Below are positions 61,108 to 64,000 of a stretch of DNA of 64,000 nt, one piece after another. The stretch's first letter is position 1; every line of letters begins with the position of its first letter. The DNA lies in the NCBI RefSeq assembly GCF_036321535.1, contig NC_087437.1:15192001-15256000 (forward strand), written 5' to 3'. The DNA comes from Camelus dromedarius (Eukaryota). The notes beneath the pieces are model-generated. The model was not told where the DNA came from. It was given only the letters and a program-made list of their open reading frames with translations, and did no database searches. The position numbers and the translations under genes are program-made.

Positions 61108-64000
61108 AATAATAAGCTTTCTCTGAAAACTATTGCTCTTTGATGCCACAGTAGCTCAGAAGACTACTCTTCACGGGCATATGATAAGTGTGAGCTTCTT
61201 CTGCTCAAGTATGTTCAGAGTTGTGGCAGTGACTTTCCATGGCACTGGGCAAACACGAATATTAACAAATTCTACTGCAAACAGAGTATCTGTATAACTT
61301 TACAGAGTTCCCTCCTCTTTCTAGAGATAAACTCTAATGTTCACAAAAGAAATGTCAAGGAACACATTTTCATATTCTCTGCACCCTAAAAACTGTCCAA
61401 ATACCTTAAAGGATCTCTTCATTGCCACAAACCACACTGATAAGATTAGCATGGAAATTATTTGCTTGGCTTGTTTTTCCCAAGAAAATGCTTTTTAAAC
61501 ACAATGTAATACTATAAAGGCAAGAAAACCACCAAGAAAGAAACTCTTAATTGTACATTCCTGATTGCATTTAGTCTCTTAAGAGAAGATAAGTCTCTCA
61601 AGAGCAGAATTATGTTAGCTACTATAATCAACTAAATAATTCAAAGAAGATATAAATCAAGAAATCTATTTCCAAATAAAAGAAAAGTCACCAAAAAAAT
61701 CTATGGCAGTACCACATCTGATGAAAACAGAGTAAGAACAATATCCAGATAGTCTTAAGAATGCCCATAATGACGTCATCTCTTAGAATAATATTAGAGA
61801 TTTATAACTAGTCAAATCTAGTTGTGCGTATTTCCTAAGTTCAACAGTTAAAAGCTGATATTAACATTAAGAATCTTGACATAGTGAAATATTGAATCCT
61901 TCCAGTAAGAACTGAAAACACAACCCAGAGAAGCAAGTATTTTTTTTAACATGGAAAACATTAATATATTTCTAAACAAATCAAGTAGAATTTTTAACTA
62001 TAAAGAAATGCCAAAAGGACTTTTAAAGACAGAGAAAATGTCCCTTCCAAGGCAGTTAATGTTGCTACATTAACAGCTAAAATACAAATTTTACATGTGT
62101 AGATATTCTGGTGGGAGTGGGATTACATTACTTATTTTGCATTTGACTCTGAATAAAGTTTTATAGTCCAAAAGTAGATTATTAAATGTAGCTTTTTAAA
62201 CCCCCAATTTTATCTATATAGGAAACATTGGTACAGAGCATGATTATGTGTACATATTTTCGATACAGATGTTTAAAAGCAACTTTAACACGTATGCTTT
62301 AATATAAGAATTCGAAAAACATTCAATCCCACAAAACTGAAAGGCAGGATTTTTACACTAATAGTCACAGTCATAGGAACAGTGTTCCCATTCCTTTCAA
62401 TCTCAATTATCCAAGGCAAAAGATATCTAGGAGAAAATATATTTTTTTAAGGAAATGAATTTATAAGAATCTAAAGGAGAGAAATATGAACATTTAGGAG
62501 CTGACCATGTTAAATGTAAATCAATGGGTATTCTCACCAACACGTTCTAAGTACAGCTCAGAAGAACTTGGGTCACACAGACATTTCAACTAAGTTTATG
62601 CCAAGACATGCTAAAACTAATTATAATTTTAAAGTATTTCTTCTGTTAAGTTGCTTACCATTAAGTTTGTGGTGATTTTTAAACATAAAGCTGTCAAGTA
62701 TCAAATAGCAATAACGTATTTGGTGTGACTGTAGCCTGATGGGCAGCAGATTCTTACATAAAATATGTGAACTCTCAGAAAATTTGTAAACTACCATAAC
62801 CATAAAAATAACTAATTCTAAGTACAACTTTGAAATATTTGCTTAACTAAGCCACGTATCCTTTATATGGACTTTACCAGCTAATACAGGGCAGTGCACC
62901 CAGCTGAAGAGATGCAGATCACACTGCTTAGAGATGTGTTATTAACTAAGGTCCCATTGGCTGAAATGTATCATCTAATTTTTACTCTGGAGTTCCTGTG
63001 AAATATGCTAATCATAAATGTTATAAAGAGTAACTCCTATTACTACTTTAAAAATGCAATGGAATACTTACACAGATAAATACATTAAATTAAGCAATGC
63101 ATATTTTGGGGGTTTCCACTGTGCAAGCAAACAGCACTACTGGCTACCTTGCATACGCCTCTGAAATATTAGCTATCAATGTTCCCTTTTCTAAGCAGTC
63201 TCCAATCTCCTGAAGTTACATGACATGCTTACAGATTCTATTTCCTGCCTGTTAGATGAGTTTTGGGTTCACCACAATTGCCACTTCATTTCTAAGGCAA
63301 CTATGCTGTATTTCAATGAGTAATAAAAACATAAAAATTTTTAATCAACCATTGAAAAGGATATTAACATCTCAAAGAGTTGAATGAATTAATCTTTCAA
63401 ATCAATTATGGAATGAGATTTTTCAAAAAAAAAAAAAGTGAGAAAAGTCTCTCTTACTTTCCTGCATTAAAAAATGTTCAGATGTAGGCTTTTCTAAAGG
63501 GATGGATTAGAAAACCATACAGCTGTAATTCAACACAGTTCTAAAACAAAGTTAAACTCATTTTTTCCCCATGAAAAGAACTTTGCTTTAAGGTAGAAAC
63601 TGGCAAGGGATTCCAGCTATAATTCAGAACCTCTGAATAAAGACCTGGCAACCCTAAGAACAAGCACCTTATCAGAGAGCACAACCGTCCTTGCTGCCAT
63701 TCAGGGCAGCAGCTGTGTGCTGGCCTAAATCAAATCCGCTTCCCTTTTTTACATCATTTGGGAAAAACAAATATCAAAACCAGAAAAGCAACCCCTCCTT
63801 TCCCCCAAAGAAGTCCATGTTCTCTTTAGACAACTATGAGAACTGTGTGAGCTGCTTTGCATGTTTATATTGCTTTACTTGGAATTTTAACGTCTTCACA
63901 TTAATGTTAGAAAGAGAAGTTTTATTTTGCTATCACAGCTCTGAAAGAACAGACTAGGCCAAGTTCCCCACTGTTATATAAGCTGGACCCTCGGGGTTCT

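Larger units (their letters stand above)
49132..64000 (-). other. RYK: RYK long intron upstream of the penultimate exon (5' end outside window)
   Basis: Acceptor at 49132-49133. I found no sequence encoding the preceding kinase segment (expected to end ...SDV before WAFG) in the remaining 15 kb. Confidence 0.8.

Overview
This is mammalian genomic DNA, very probably from a camelid (alpaca/llama/camel), judged from five copies of a tRNA-Ala-derived SINE resembling the camelid Vic-1 family. The only protein-coding sequence I can support is the 3' end of RYK (Wnt co-receptor pseudokinase) on the minus strand. It consists of a 137-nt penultimate exon (48995-49131), a terminal exon (CDS 47739-47850, ending in the PDZ-binding -AYV*) and a ~1-kb 3'UTR ending near 46720. 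The stretch 49132-64000 is a long RYK intron, and the next upstream exon is not in the window. The stretch 1-46700 is intergenic DNA downstream of RYK. It contains GC-rich unique blocks and a dense, nested field of L1, L2, MIR, MaLR/ERV1 LTR, hAT/Tigger relics and microsatellites. Neither RYK exon is represented in its coding frame in the supplied ORF track, and the listed ORFs look like chance or repeat-derived frames. I found no convincing new biological system. The leads most worth checking are three. (1) A TSD-bounded chimeric retroposed insert (L1 fragment plus ~350 nt of other sequence) at 21586-22242. (2) A candidate downstream alternative RYK exon at 40306/40590-40771 that is in frame with the penultimate exon. 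(3) Alternative or intronic polyadenylation signals for RYK. Repeat family names come from recalled consensus similarity, not a database search, and repeat boundaries are approximate unless TSDs are given.
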